Below the pieces are notes generated by a model. The model was not told the DNA's origin and ran no database searches. It worked only from the letters and a program-made list of their open reading frames with translations. 64,000 nucleotides of DNA, from assembly GCA_040755995.1 (NCBI GenBank), contig JBFMAF010000032.1:193306-257305 (forward strand), in the 5' to 3' direction. Position numbers and translations under genes: made by a program. Positions 1 to 8,018 of this stretch are shown here, piece after piece (within the stretch, counting starts at the first letter, position 1; the number at the start of each line of letters is the position of its first letter). This DNA comes from Acidobacteriota bacterium. GTDB lineage: Bacteria > Acidobacteriota > CAIWXX01.

Positions 1-285
1 GTGGAAAAGCAACTCGCGCCCTCCGTAGCGTACTGGCGGCAGCAGACCACCCCTGACCCGGCACGGTGCCCGAGCTGCAAGCGGCGCAGTGAGATGACGT
101 TGAGCCGGTCCAGGCAGGAGCTGGACGACCAAGAGGGAGCGGTCCACTACGGACGCTGCTGTCGCGAAGGGACGATCTGGGGCTCGAACGTGGATCTAGG
201 CTGGTTCACTCCCGAAGGAGAACAGCTCGAAGGGCTCCGTAGGGCTCTTGCCGGCTCCTGGGATCCGTGCAACCGAAAGGACTGA
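1..285 (+). CDS. 3' part of a hypothetical protein (window edge)
   Basis: Open frame from the window start to TGA at 283-285; contains CPSC; no recognisable family. Confidence 0.35.
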   Translation: MEKQLAPSVAYWRQQTTPDPARCPSCKRRSEMTLSRSRQELDDQEGAVHYGRCCREGTIWGSNVDLGWFTPEGEQLEGLRRALAGSWDPCNRKD

Positions 286-320
286 GCTGTCTTGATCCCG
301 ATTGTGGGATTGTGGTTGTG

Positions 321-349
321 GTGCATTCTGATGCCAAATGGTGTATACT
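321..349 (+). promoter_or_regulatory. Putative sigma70 promoter of the RHH/toxin pair (likely leaderless mRNA)
   Basis: GTGCAT(321-326)-17 bp-TATACT(344-349); the ATG at 356 follows after 6 nt, with no Shine-Dalgarno. Confidence 0.45.
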
Positions 350-355
350 TGTGAC

Positions 356-613
356 ATGGCCATGATTGAAAAAGCGATCCGCCAGAGCGTCTCGCTCCCT
401 TCTCCACTGGCGAAGCGGGTGAAGGCCCTGGCAAGGCGTCGAAAAGTCAGTTCCAATCGGATACTTGTTGAACTTGTCGAAACGGGGCTGCGAACAAAAG
501 AAGACGAGAAGCGCAGATTCTTCGAATTGGCAGATAGGCTAAGCAAGTCAAGCGACGTGCGGGAACAGCGAGAACTGAAAGAACACCTTGCCCGAATGAC
601 TTTCGGGGAATGA
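356..613 (+). CDS. Ribbon-helix-helix (CopG-like) DNA-binding protein, putative antitoxin
   Basis: 85 aa; RQSVSLP beta-strand followed by two helices (LAKRVKALARRRKVSSNRILVELVETGL); abuts the next ORF (TGA-GTG). Confidence 0.7.
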   Translation: MAMIEKAIRQSVSLPSPLAKRVKALARRRKVSSNRILVELVETGLRTKEDEKRRFFELADRLSKSSDVREQRELKEHLARMTFGE

Positions 614-856
614 GTGCCGAAGATCCAGTGGACCGATCTGCCTCCCACTCTGCGCGATCACCTCTTTGAGCGGCTTCGAGAGCGTCGAATCACCGCCGAG
701 GATCTGTATCAGCTGAAACTCCGGCGAGAATCTGAGCCCGACGCCCCGAATGGTGATTGGTACAAGGATTTCGGATCATTCAAGGTCTGTGGCAGGGGGA
801 AATATCCCAAGACGTTCCTTCTTCGAGGGCAACCCGCCAAGGGCCAGGAACTGTGA
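614..856 (+). CDS. Small hypothetical protein, putative toxin partner
   Basis: 80 aa, starts immediately after the RHH stop codon; WYKDFGSFKVCG motif; function inferred from gene-pair architecture only. Confidence 0.6.
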   Translation: MPKIQWTDLPPTLRDHLFERLRERRITAEDLYQLKLRRESEPDAPNGDWYKDFGSFKVCGRGKYPKTFLLRGQPAKGQEL

Positions 857-1020
857 ATCGCGTCGTCTAGATCTGACAGTCACAAGTTCGTTTGCACGAA
901 GTGCCGGCCGAATGCACTTCGAGAATCCGCGGTCGCACTCGAAACGCGGCGAAAGGGCATAGGGCCGAGTTGCGATCGGCATGAGGCCTCGCGTAAAATT
1001 CATGGCAGCGGGGACGCGAA

Positions 1021-1290
1021 ATGGACCTGAAGTCTCGGTACTCAAAGGATGAGTTTGCCCGACGCGGCGACGCGCTATACGAGCAGGAGATCGGTCCGCA
1101 AGTAGAAGCTAGGAACCAGGGCAAGTTCGTTGCCATTGATATCGATAGCGGTGCCTACGAGATCGATGCGGACGAACTGGCTGCATCCGACCGACTCCTT
1201 GCACGCAAACCCGAGGCGCAGGTGTGGCTGCGGAGGATCGGCTCCAGGCACGTGCGTCACTTCGGTCCGCGGCAACGCCGCGTCGCATGA
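1021..1290 (+). CDS. Small hypothetical protein (DUF5678-like partner of a clan AA protease)
   Basis: 89 aa with GKFVAID and VWLRRIG motifs; ATGA overlap with the protease gene. Confidence 0.65.
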   Translation: MDLKSRYSKDEFARRGDALYEQEIGPQVEARNQGKFVAIDIDSGAYEIDADELAASDRLLARKPEAQVWLRRIGSRHVRHFGPRQRRVA

Positions 1291-1658
1291 TCACGGGTTT
1301 CGTTACTCAGGATCTCGAAGCCATCGTGCGCGTGACCGTCCACGATCGTGACGGAAGAGGCCACGAGATGGAGTCGGTCGTGGATACCGGCTTCGATGGC
1401 TCCTTGACTCTCCCGGCCTCGGTCATCGCTTTGTTGGGGCTGCGCTGGTGTCGACGTGGCCGACCCCTGCTGGCAGACGGCCGTGAGAGCGTCTGCGACA
1501 TCTTCGAAGCAACCATCAGCTGGGATGGAAGTACTCGTCGCATTCCTGTGGACGCGGCAGAAACCGCACCCCTGATCGGCATGTCCCTTCTGCACGGCTA
1601 CGAGCTGATCATACGGATCGTGGATGGTGGCGACGTGACAATCACCGCGCTCCCATGA
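1287..1658 (+). CDS. Clan AA (retropepsin-like) aspartic protease
   Basis: VVDTGFDG catalytic motif and PLIGMSLL C-terminal motif; start at the ATGA overlap (1287). Confidence 0.85.
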   Translation: MITGFVTQDLEAIVRVTVHDRDGRGHEMESVVDTGFDGSLTLPASVIALLGLRWCRRGRPLLADGRESVCDIFEATISWDGSTRRIPVDAAETAPLIGMSLLHGYELIIRIVDGGDVTITALP

Positions 1659-1736
1659 GGCGGAGACGCCTAGAGCGGATTCTGCCATGACGAACGAGTC
1701 GAGTGTGACAATACCAGCCGGACAAGACAGCGATCC

Positions 1737-2048
1737 ATGTTCGACCAATCTCTTGTGAAGAAATCCGGGCAAGTGTGGAAGCTCCACTTATTCTTGGTCC
1801 TACCTGTCGCAGGCTTTCTACTTATCCTGTATGCGCTCCGAAGCACCACAGACCACTTCCCCGCCGTCCTTCTGTTCTCAGGCTTCGCACTAGCCCTCCT
1901 GGGTGTGGCATTTCCCTCCGTCTCAATCGCCTGCCCCGAATGCAGAACGCGCTTGCTGTGGAAAGCCCTCCGTGAGCGGCCTGTACATGCCTGGTTGTTC
2001 TGGCTTGTCGGGCTTCGCCAATGTCCGAAATGCGGGAGGGGAGGTTGA
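1737..2048 (+). CDS. Small membrane protein with Zn-ribbon
   Basis: Two hydrophobic helices followed by CPEC and CPKC. Confidence 0.6.
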   Translation: MFDQSLVKKSGQVWKLHLFLVLPVAGFLLILYALRSTTDHFPAVLLFSGFALALLGVAFPSVSIACPECRTRLLWKALRERPVHAWLFWLVGLRQCPKCGRGG

Positions 2049-2141
2049 CAGGCAGCCGGCCCACACGTCGTACAAGGTGTGTGACCCGGGGTTCGCTAGC
2101 AGGCCTCGCGCCATCGGTTGTGCAGATCGCACCCAAACGAC

Positions 2142-5100
2142 CTACGGCCCACGGGCGTTCCGCGGCGGGCGCGGGAACTTCAGGTAGGGCACGATCACGT
2201 CGTTCTTGAAGGCGCCGGTGCCGTCGTAGGTCAGCGTCACTACCGGCACGCCGGTTGCGCGGCGGATCTCGTTTGCCATCGCTTCGGTCACCAGCGACGG
2301 GCAGCAGAACACGGGGTTGGTCTGCACGAACAGCGCCACGTCCGGGTGCGCCTTGAGAATGTGCGAGATCTTCAGAAGATTGTCGAACGACTCGCCTCCG
2401 TGCTCCAGGCGCACGTGGAAGCGATCGAGGATCGCCTCGGTCTCGGCGTCGCTCGGCAGGCTCAGCGGCGGCAGATACTTCTCGTAGCGCTGCCGGCAGC
2501 GCTTCTCGACCGCGCCGATTGCGGCGAGCAACAGGCGGTTCTTCGCCAGGTCACCGTATCGCCTCTCGATGACCCACCGCCTGAAATACGCCTTCGAGAT
2601 GATGCGCAGGTAGTGGCTGTAAGGCGTGGTGATCACCTGCCCGCCGGCCGCCTCGATCGTCTCGATGAGGTTCTGGTTCATCACATCGTTGTCGCGAACG
2701 TACAGGTCGCCGAATATCGCCACCTTGGGACGCGTTCCGTCATGGCGAGGGATCGCGTCGAAGAGGTCCATCGCCCGCTCCAGCGCATCCTCCTTCGAGA
2801 GCCCGTTCTCGAGCGCCTGAGCAAACATCGCAAGGGCCTTGCTGGTCGCAGCGGTCGTAGTTCCTGGTGTCTTCTCATAGGGCCGGATGGCGCAGCCGAT
2901 GCGGCGGAGCAGCCCGCCGAAGAGGTACGCGAAGTAGGTGTTTACGGCTGCCACCAGCGATATCTCCATGTGTGAGAGATCGCCGCGATACACGCTCGCC
3001 TTCTCCATCCCCTCTCCGTGCGCCTCGAGAAGGGTCTTGATGTAGTACGGGTACATCCGAAGACCGCAGGCGACACGACCGCGCGCGATCCATAGTGCCG
3101 TTCGCGCCGGGTCGAGGTCGTGCTTCCGGACGTAGTCGATGAACTCCTGCGTCATCGCATTGATCGGGATGCACTGGCCCGAGTTCTGCCGCATGCTGCG
3201 CTGGATCGTCAGGGGATCTTCCTCGAGCACCCGCGCGTCCACACCGGCACGCCGCAGGTTGGCGACCAGCAGCGGAGCGGTCAGGGGGTCCCAGTTGGGG
3301 TAGAGCAGCGTCATCCCGTCGAGACGATTCGCCAGTCGGGGATTGACAGGGAGGGCGCGGGGGGGTGATGGGCGAGTGCCGACCAGCGCGGGGCGGCTCG
3401 ACTGCGCCGCATAGTGGTTCGCAAACGCCCGCACAGCAGCTTCGATCCGGGTCTCGTAGCCTGCGTTCGAGTCGTGCTCGTCAATCTGCAGGATCAGGTA
3501 GGGCTTGCCGTGAGAGTCGAGAATGCGGCAGAAGTACTCGCTCAGGAAAGAGTCTGGCGCGCACTTGAACGATGTGACGAGCACGGGATAGAGCTGCTCG
3601 GATCGGGCACAGGTCTGCGCCGTCTCGAGGATGCGCGCGCCGTAGCTCCAGTTGACCGCGTCCAACAACGGATCGATCTCTGCGCGCGACTCGGGACTCG
3701 ACGGAATCATATCCAGGAAAAAGGCCTTGACGCCGAGCGCCGAGAAGAGGTCCGGAATGCTCTTGTTCATGTGCGGCGAGAGCACCACATATGGGCGGCC
3801 GCTCAGCACGACACAGAAGCCCTCCGCTGCGCGCACTTCTCGTTGTACCACGCCGGCCAGCCTGCGCTGCCCCTCTTGCTTGAACCTGAGTGCCTGCCCG
3901 TAGGCCCGTACAACACCATCGAGCTCCACCTGGACGCCTCGGATCCGTTGCAGAGCCTGATGGAGCTCCCGGCAGATCTGCTTCCGCGACCTCCAGTGGT
4001 CGAGCAGCGGCAGGAGACACCTTGAACGAACTTCTGCGTCGTCGATCATGGCCACCAGCGATGGCGCGTATTGCGTGTAGTAGCAGTAGTCGCGGAGGCG
4101 CGCACGGTCGTGCGGCTGCCGCACGGCGTGGAGGACCACCGGTACGAACACGTAGTCTGCGCGCGACGCGAGATGATGAACGTGGCCGTGCAGCGCCGTG
4201 ATGGGCGCGCAGAATTCGGCCCCGGCCAGCCGCCGGCCCAGCTTCACCCCATCGCGACAGTCCTCGCTGGTCACCGTACGGATGTCGAGCGCACCGAAGA
4301 ACCGCCTCCACATCGCCAGGTCCTCGAAAAGATGCAACGCCGCGGGAATCCCGACCGTGGGGCCGGACGCTGGCCTGGGTCCGGGCAGCTGAAAGCACTT
4401 CTTGTGCTCGCGAATCAGATCGAATCCGCTTCGATTGGCGCTCACGTGGTGATGCACGTCGTAGTCGCGCCCGCACATGAAGCCGAACGCAACCGCTTCG
4501 CCGTGCACATCGGCCACACGGATCCGACATCTGTTGGTGCACAGCTCGCACACCTCCGCCCGGATCGGGATCTCTACGCGATGCAGGCCCAATCCCCGGA
4601 AGCGGCTCTCGCCCCTGTGATCGCGTGCCACGAGGATGGCTGCGCCGATGGCGCCGCTGAGATGGCAGTACCGAGAGACCAGGATCTCCCGGCCCAGATC
4701 TTGTTCGAATGCCGCCACGAGCGCCCTGTTCTTCGCCGTGGCCCCCTGGAAACAGACTCGCTCGCCGATGGCCGGCCGGTTCGCCACCTTGTGGAGGTAG
4801 TTCTCGCGCACGGAGAAAAGCACGGCGGCGAGGATCTCCTCGACGGAATGGCCGAGGCTCATCAGGTGATTGATGTCACGCTCCATGAACACAGCGCACC
4901 GATCGCTTGCGAGCGGCGCCCTCACCCCCTCGGCGCGGCGCGCGACCTCGCCGAGCGGCACACCCAGCCGCGCCGCCTGCTCCTCGATGAAGCTCCCCGT
5001 GCCGGCAGCGCACACGGTGTTCATCTGCGCGAAGGTGACGCGGCCGTCGCGCAGCGTCGTGAACTTCGCGTCCTGACCGCCGATCTCGATGATCGTATCG

Positions 5101-6377
5101 ACGCGAGGGTCGAGCTCGCAGGCCGCTCGAGCGTGCGCCGTGATCTCGTCCACGATCAAGTCGGCGCCGATGAGCTTCCCGATGAACTTGCGGCCCGATC
5201 CGGTCGTGCTGACGGCCGCGATCGAGAACGACGCGAGCTCGGGTGTAGATTCGATCGCCTCGAAGATTGCCTGTGTTGCCGCGAGAGGCCGGCCAGCAGT
5301 GCGAGTGTAGTATCCGGAGAGAACTCGGCCCTGTGCATCGACCAGCGCCGCCTTCGTGCTGGTCGAACCGACGTCGAGACCCAGGTATCTGGGCGCGGGT
5401 GCCTCGCGCGGGCTCTCGACGAAGATGTCGACTTCGACCGGGTTGGCGGGTCCGGTATGCGCCGAGACGTGGATCCGGCGCGGGTGATCTTCGAAATCTG
5501 GGAAACGAGATCTGACGAGCTTCAGGGGCTCGTAGAAGGACTGCTTCGACTGAGCGGTGGTGGTGAGAAGATCCCGTGCTTCCAGGCGCCGCAAGCGCGA
5601 GGTCCCGAATTCGTCGAGGTAGGCCAGGGCCGCTCCGATGGCGCCGTACAGGTGCGATCGCTCGCCCACTGTCAGGGGCTGCGCGAGAAGTTGCTCGAGG
5701 TGTCTGCCGACGGCGCGGTTGCGCGAGACTCCGCCGGCGAACACGATCGGCTCACGGGCCGTCGCTCCGCAGAACAGCGCGCCCGCGATGTTTCGCGCCA
5801 GCCCCTGGCAAAGCCCATCGCAGATCTCCTTGATGGAGTAGCCCTCTTGCTGAGCGTGGATCAGGTCGGTCTTGGCGAAGACGGAGCAGCGCGAGGCGAT
5901 CGGCGGGATCGGGCCTGCATTGAGAAGAGCGATGTCGCTCAGCTCGGCGCTGCTGGATAGCCCGAGGCGCAGGGCCTGCAGATCGAGGAAGCTTCCGGTG
6001 CCGGCCGCGCAGCTCGTATTGCCTCGCATGCCCTCGTAGTGCCCATCGGCATCGAATGCGACCAGGCCGAATTTCTCGCCACCGACAACGAGCAGCGACC
6101 CGGTGGGCGAGTGTAGGCGTTTGGCCGCAGTGATGTACGCAACCACTGTGTCGACCTGGTGCGCGTCCCTGAGCGCGGGGGCGGCGGCCGTCGTTTGCGC
6201 GACGGCCCCGAGGCTCGCGACAGGCAGCCCCGACAGCATCTCTCGGAGTACAGGGCCGACCGTCCCCCGGTGAAATCGGTAGCTCGTCCACAGAACCCGT
6301 CCTTCTCGGTCCACCACCGCAATTGAGATCGCCACCGATCCGATATCAACTCCACAGATGCCGTCGTTGTCTTTCAT
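2142..6377 (-). CDS. Acyl-CoA dehydratase activase fusion (two BcrAD/BadFG ATPase domains + DUF2229/HGD-D-like domains)
   Basis: Two ASKHA ATPase starts (GVDIGS, GLDVGSTSTK), two CAAGTGSF [4Fe-4S] motifs, GGQDAK, and C-terminal FKCAPD, IDEH and FCCPS motifs. Confidence 0.9.
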   Translation of the reverse strand: MKDNDGICGVDIGSVAISIAVVDREGRVLWTSYRFHRGTVGPVLREMLSGLPVASLGAVAQTTAAAPALRDAHQVDTVVAYITAAKRLHSPTGSLLVVGGEKFGLVAFDADGHYEGMRGNTSCAAGTGSFLDLQALRLGLSSSAELSDIALLNAGPIPPIASRCSVFAKTDLIHAQQEGYSIKEICDGLCQGLARNIAGALFCGATAREPIVFAGGVSRNRAVGRHLEQLLAQPLTVGERSHLYGAIGAALAYLDEFGTSRLRRLEARDLLTTTAQSKQSFYEPLKLVRSRFPDFEDHPRRIHVSAHTGPANPVEVDIFVESPREAPAPRYLGLDVGSTSTKAALVDAQGRVLSGYYTRTAGRPLAATQAIFEAIESTPELASFSIAAVSTTGSGRKFIGKLIGADLIVDEITAHARAACELDPRVDTIIEIGGQDAKFTTLRDGRVTFAQMNTVCAAGTGSFIEEQAARLGVPLGEVARRAEGVRAPLASDRCAVFMERDINHLMSLGHSVEEILAAVLFSVRENYLHKVANRPAIGERVCFQGATAKNRALVAAFEQDLGREILVSRYCHLSGAIGAAILVARDHRGESRFRGLGLHRVEIPIRAEVCELCTNRCRIRVADVHGEAVAFGFMCGRDYDVHHHVSANRSGFDLIREHKKCFQLPGPRPASGPTVGIPAALHLFEDLAMWRRFFGALDIRTVTSEDCRDGVKLGRRLAGAEFCAPITALHGHVHHLASRADYVFVPVVLHAVRQPHDRARLRDYCYYTQYAPSLVAMIDDAEVRSRCLLPLLDHWRSRKQICRELHQALQRIRGVQVELDGVVRAYGQALRFKQEGQRRLAGVVQREVRAAEGFCVVLSGRPYVVLSPHMNKSIPDLFSALGVKAFFLDMIPSSPESRAEIDPLLDAVNWSYGARILETAQTCARSEQLYPVLVTSFKCAPDSFLSEYFCRILDSHGKPYLILQIDEHDSNAGYETRIEAAVRAFANHYAAQSSRPALVGTRPSPPRALPVNPRLANRLDGMTLLYPNWDPLTAPLLVANLRRAGVDARVLEEDPLTIQRSMRQNSGQCIPINAMTQEFIDYVRKHDLDPARTALWIARGRVACGLRMYPYYIKTLLEAHGEGMEKASVYRGDLSHMEISLVAAVNTYFAYLFGGLLRRIGCAIRPYEKTPGTTTAATSKALAMFAQALENGLSKEDALERAMDLFDAIPRHDGTRPKVAIFGDLYVRDNDVMNQNLIETIEAAGGQVITTPYSHYLRIISKAYFRRWVIERRYGDLAKNRLLLAAIGAVEKRCRQRYEKYLPPLSLPSDAETEAILDRFHVRLEHGGESFDNLLKISHILKAHPDVALFVQTNPVFCCPSLVTEAMANEIRRATGVPVVTLTYDGTGAFKNDVIVPYLKFPRPPRNARGP

Positions 6378-6426
6378 CTGGTGGCCTCAGGTCCCTTCAC
6401 CGGGGGGCTCGGAGAGCGATTCCGGC

Positions 6427-6999
6427 TCAGGGCTCATCCAGTCGACGTCGTGGCCGGTCATGCTTCAGTTGCGCGTAGCTGCGTTCGAGGTAGAACTCGT
6501 GGGGCACGACCAGCGGCGTATAGTCGAGGGGCAGGCGCAAGTTCGGCTCGACGTACCAGTCGGCGGCAGCGGCCTGCACCACGTGCGCGGCGTCGAGGTT
6601 CACGAGCTCCCACGCGATGATGCGCTGGAGCCTGCAGAGCGCCTCGATGACAGTGTCCCCCGAAGACGTCCGCGTCCAGAGGCAGACGAAGCCGTTGCGA
6701 GGATCGACGTTCGGGTGGAAGATTGGGTCAGTCAGGTAGGCTTCGGTGGGCATTGCTGGGTAGAACCGCGGGAACAACAGTCTCACATCGTGTTCGTGTG
6801 AGAGCGCGCACGGTGGACCCAGGCTCGTGATGCCGCACGTGCGGCGGAGGGAGACTCGAACGGCGTCCGCGGACTGCTCCGCCCCACTGAAAGCCAGAGT
6901 CTCCGGATTGAGATCGATCAGGCGCCAAAGCAGCTCGCGTTCGCTCCGCAATCGCCGCCCGCGTACGCTCAGGGCCGAGGGCCGGTCGGGATCAACCAT
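6427..6999 (-). CDS. Ubiquitin-conjugating enzyme E2 (UBC fold)
   Basis: LFPRFYPAMPTEAYLTDPIFHPNVDPRNGFVCLW matches the UBC signature FPxxYPxxPP...IFHPN(V/I)xxxGx(I/V)CL, including the catalytic Cys; start overlaps the Ubl stop. Confidence 0.85.
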   Translation of the reverse strand: MVDPDRPSALSVRGRRLRSERELLWRLIDLNPETLAFSGAEQSADAVRVSLRRTCGITSLGPPCALSHEHDVRLLFPRFYPAMPTEAYLTDPIFHPNVDPRNGFVCLWTRTSSGDTVIEALCRLQRIIAWELVNLDAAHVVQAAAADWYVEPNLRLPLDYTPLVVPHEFYLERSYAQLKHDRPRRRLDEP

Positions 7000-7252
7000 T
7001 GATGGCGATCGTCGATACCCTCAGGACATCGTTCGGGCGGACACCTTGCTCCGGCAGCGCCCGGCCGAACTCGAGCATCTGCCCGCTCCAGATCACCTGC
7101 GGCTCTCCGTCCCCGCGCAGCACGTCGCCGCGTTCGCGGAGCTCATAAAGGATCTCGCCGATCACCGTCTCGAGAGCCTCGTTCTCGTCGATGTCCACGT
7201 TGTAACGCTTCTCGCCGCCTATCGTGTCGAAGTAGATCTGGTACTTGGGCAT
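6992..7252 (-). CDS. Ubiquitin-like beta-grasp protein ending in Gly
   Basis: 86 aa from ATG 7252 (GAGGGA Shine-Dalgarno); WSGQMLEFGRALPEQGVRPNDVLRV resembles ubiquitin [25 protein letters not shown]; C-terminus STIAING*. Confidence 0.8.
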   Translation of the reverse strand: MPKYQIYFDTIGGEKRYNVDIDENEALETVIGEILYELRERGDVLRGDGEPQVIWSGQMLEFGRALPEQGVRPNDVLRVSTIAING

Positions 7253-7259
7253 GCGTCCC

Positions 7260-8009
7260 TCACAGGCGATATCGAGCCTGCCGGCGTTCCGCGCGGCCGG
7301 GCCGTTCACCGCCGTCATCACGGATGATATAGGGCTCGAGCTGTGGAGGCAAGTCGTCGATGACCCAGTTGCACCGGCTGCAGGCGCCGTTGTTGAAGTC
7401 CCAGCAGCCCTTGCACTGCGGGCGGCCGCATTGCCCGCACGCGCGTAGGTCCACCTCGGCGGCCACGGCGAGACAGATCTGGCAGCGGCCGGCGTGCACG
7501 CGCGGGCCCAATTGAGCCTCCCACCAGCGGCTGTCTGGGCTGAATATCGGGACGCGATTCTCGGCGCAGAGCCGGCAGCGGCACTGCTCGAACACCCAGC
7601 ACTCCCGATCGCAGACCCGCAGCCCGCACCGCGGGCAGTCGAAGATGAGGTCGCGGTCGAACCCGCGGTTGCACAATGCGCACCGCGGCCTCTGGATCAT
7701 GAACAGCACCACGATGCCCGCCGTCGCCGCGGCGATCAAAGGCGATGTCCACGCCAGGTGCATCACGCTCGCCGGATCGCCAAGGTATCGCACGCCCAGC
7801 CCCGCGAGCGACGACAGCGCCGCAAGCAGCATCGGTGACCACCATCGCTGTAGCCCGAGGTGGAAGAGCCGAGCCAGAGCGAATACGAGGAGACCGATTG
7901 CCGCCGCAGCGCCGAAGGCCGCGCGCGGATCGAGGTATGATCCGAGGAGTTGGAGGATCCCCAGCAGGAACCAGCAAGCTACAAGAGTCGCGGGCTTTCT
8001 GATGCTCAC
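7260..8009 (-). CDS. Membrane protein with two C-terminal RING-like binuclear Zn fingers (candidate E3 ligase)
   Basis: About 4 hydrophobic helices, then CxxC-x11-CxxC-x4-CxxxCW-x4-CxCxxC and CxxC-x11-CxxC-x4-CxxCW-x6-CxxC; lies between the E1 and Ubl genes. Confidence 0.7.
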   Translation of the reverse strand: MSIRKPATLVACWFLLGILQLLGSYLDPRAAFGAAAAIGLLVFALARLFHLGLQRWWSPMLLAALSSLAGLGVRYLGDPASVMHLAWTSPLIAAATAGIVVLFMIQRPRCALCNRGFDRDLIFDCPRCGLRVCDRECWVFEQCRCRLCAENRVPIFSPDSRWWEAQLGPRVHAGRCQICLAVAAEVDLRACGQCGRPQCKGCWDFNNGACSRCNWVIDDLPPQLEPYIIRDDGGERPGRAERRQARYRL

Positions 8010-8018
8010 GAGCGCATC

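Noticed and set aside
857..2140. Possible attC sites between the small cassette-like genes at the window start
   Set aside because: Only GTCTAG/GCCTAG-like words and short hairpins (e.g. GAAGTGC-N9-GCACTTC) are present; there are no RYYYAAC...GTTRRRY pairs with L boxes.
4071..5960. Long antisense or alternate-frame ORFs (e.g. 4071-5960 +, 13379-15016 -, 22048-23556 -, 27718-29136 -)
   Set aside because: Shadow ORFs expected from high-GC codon bias opposite well-supported genes; they carry no motifs.
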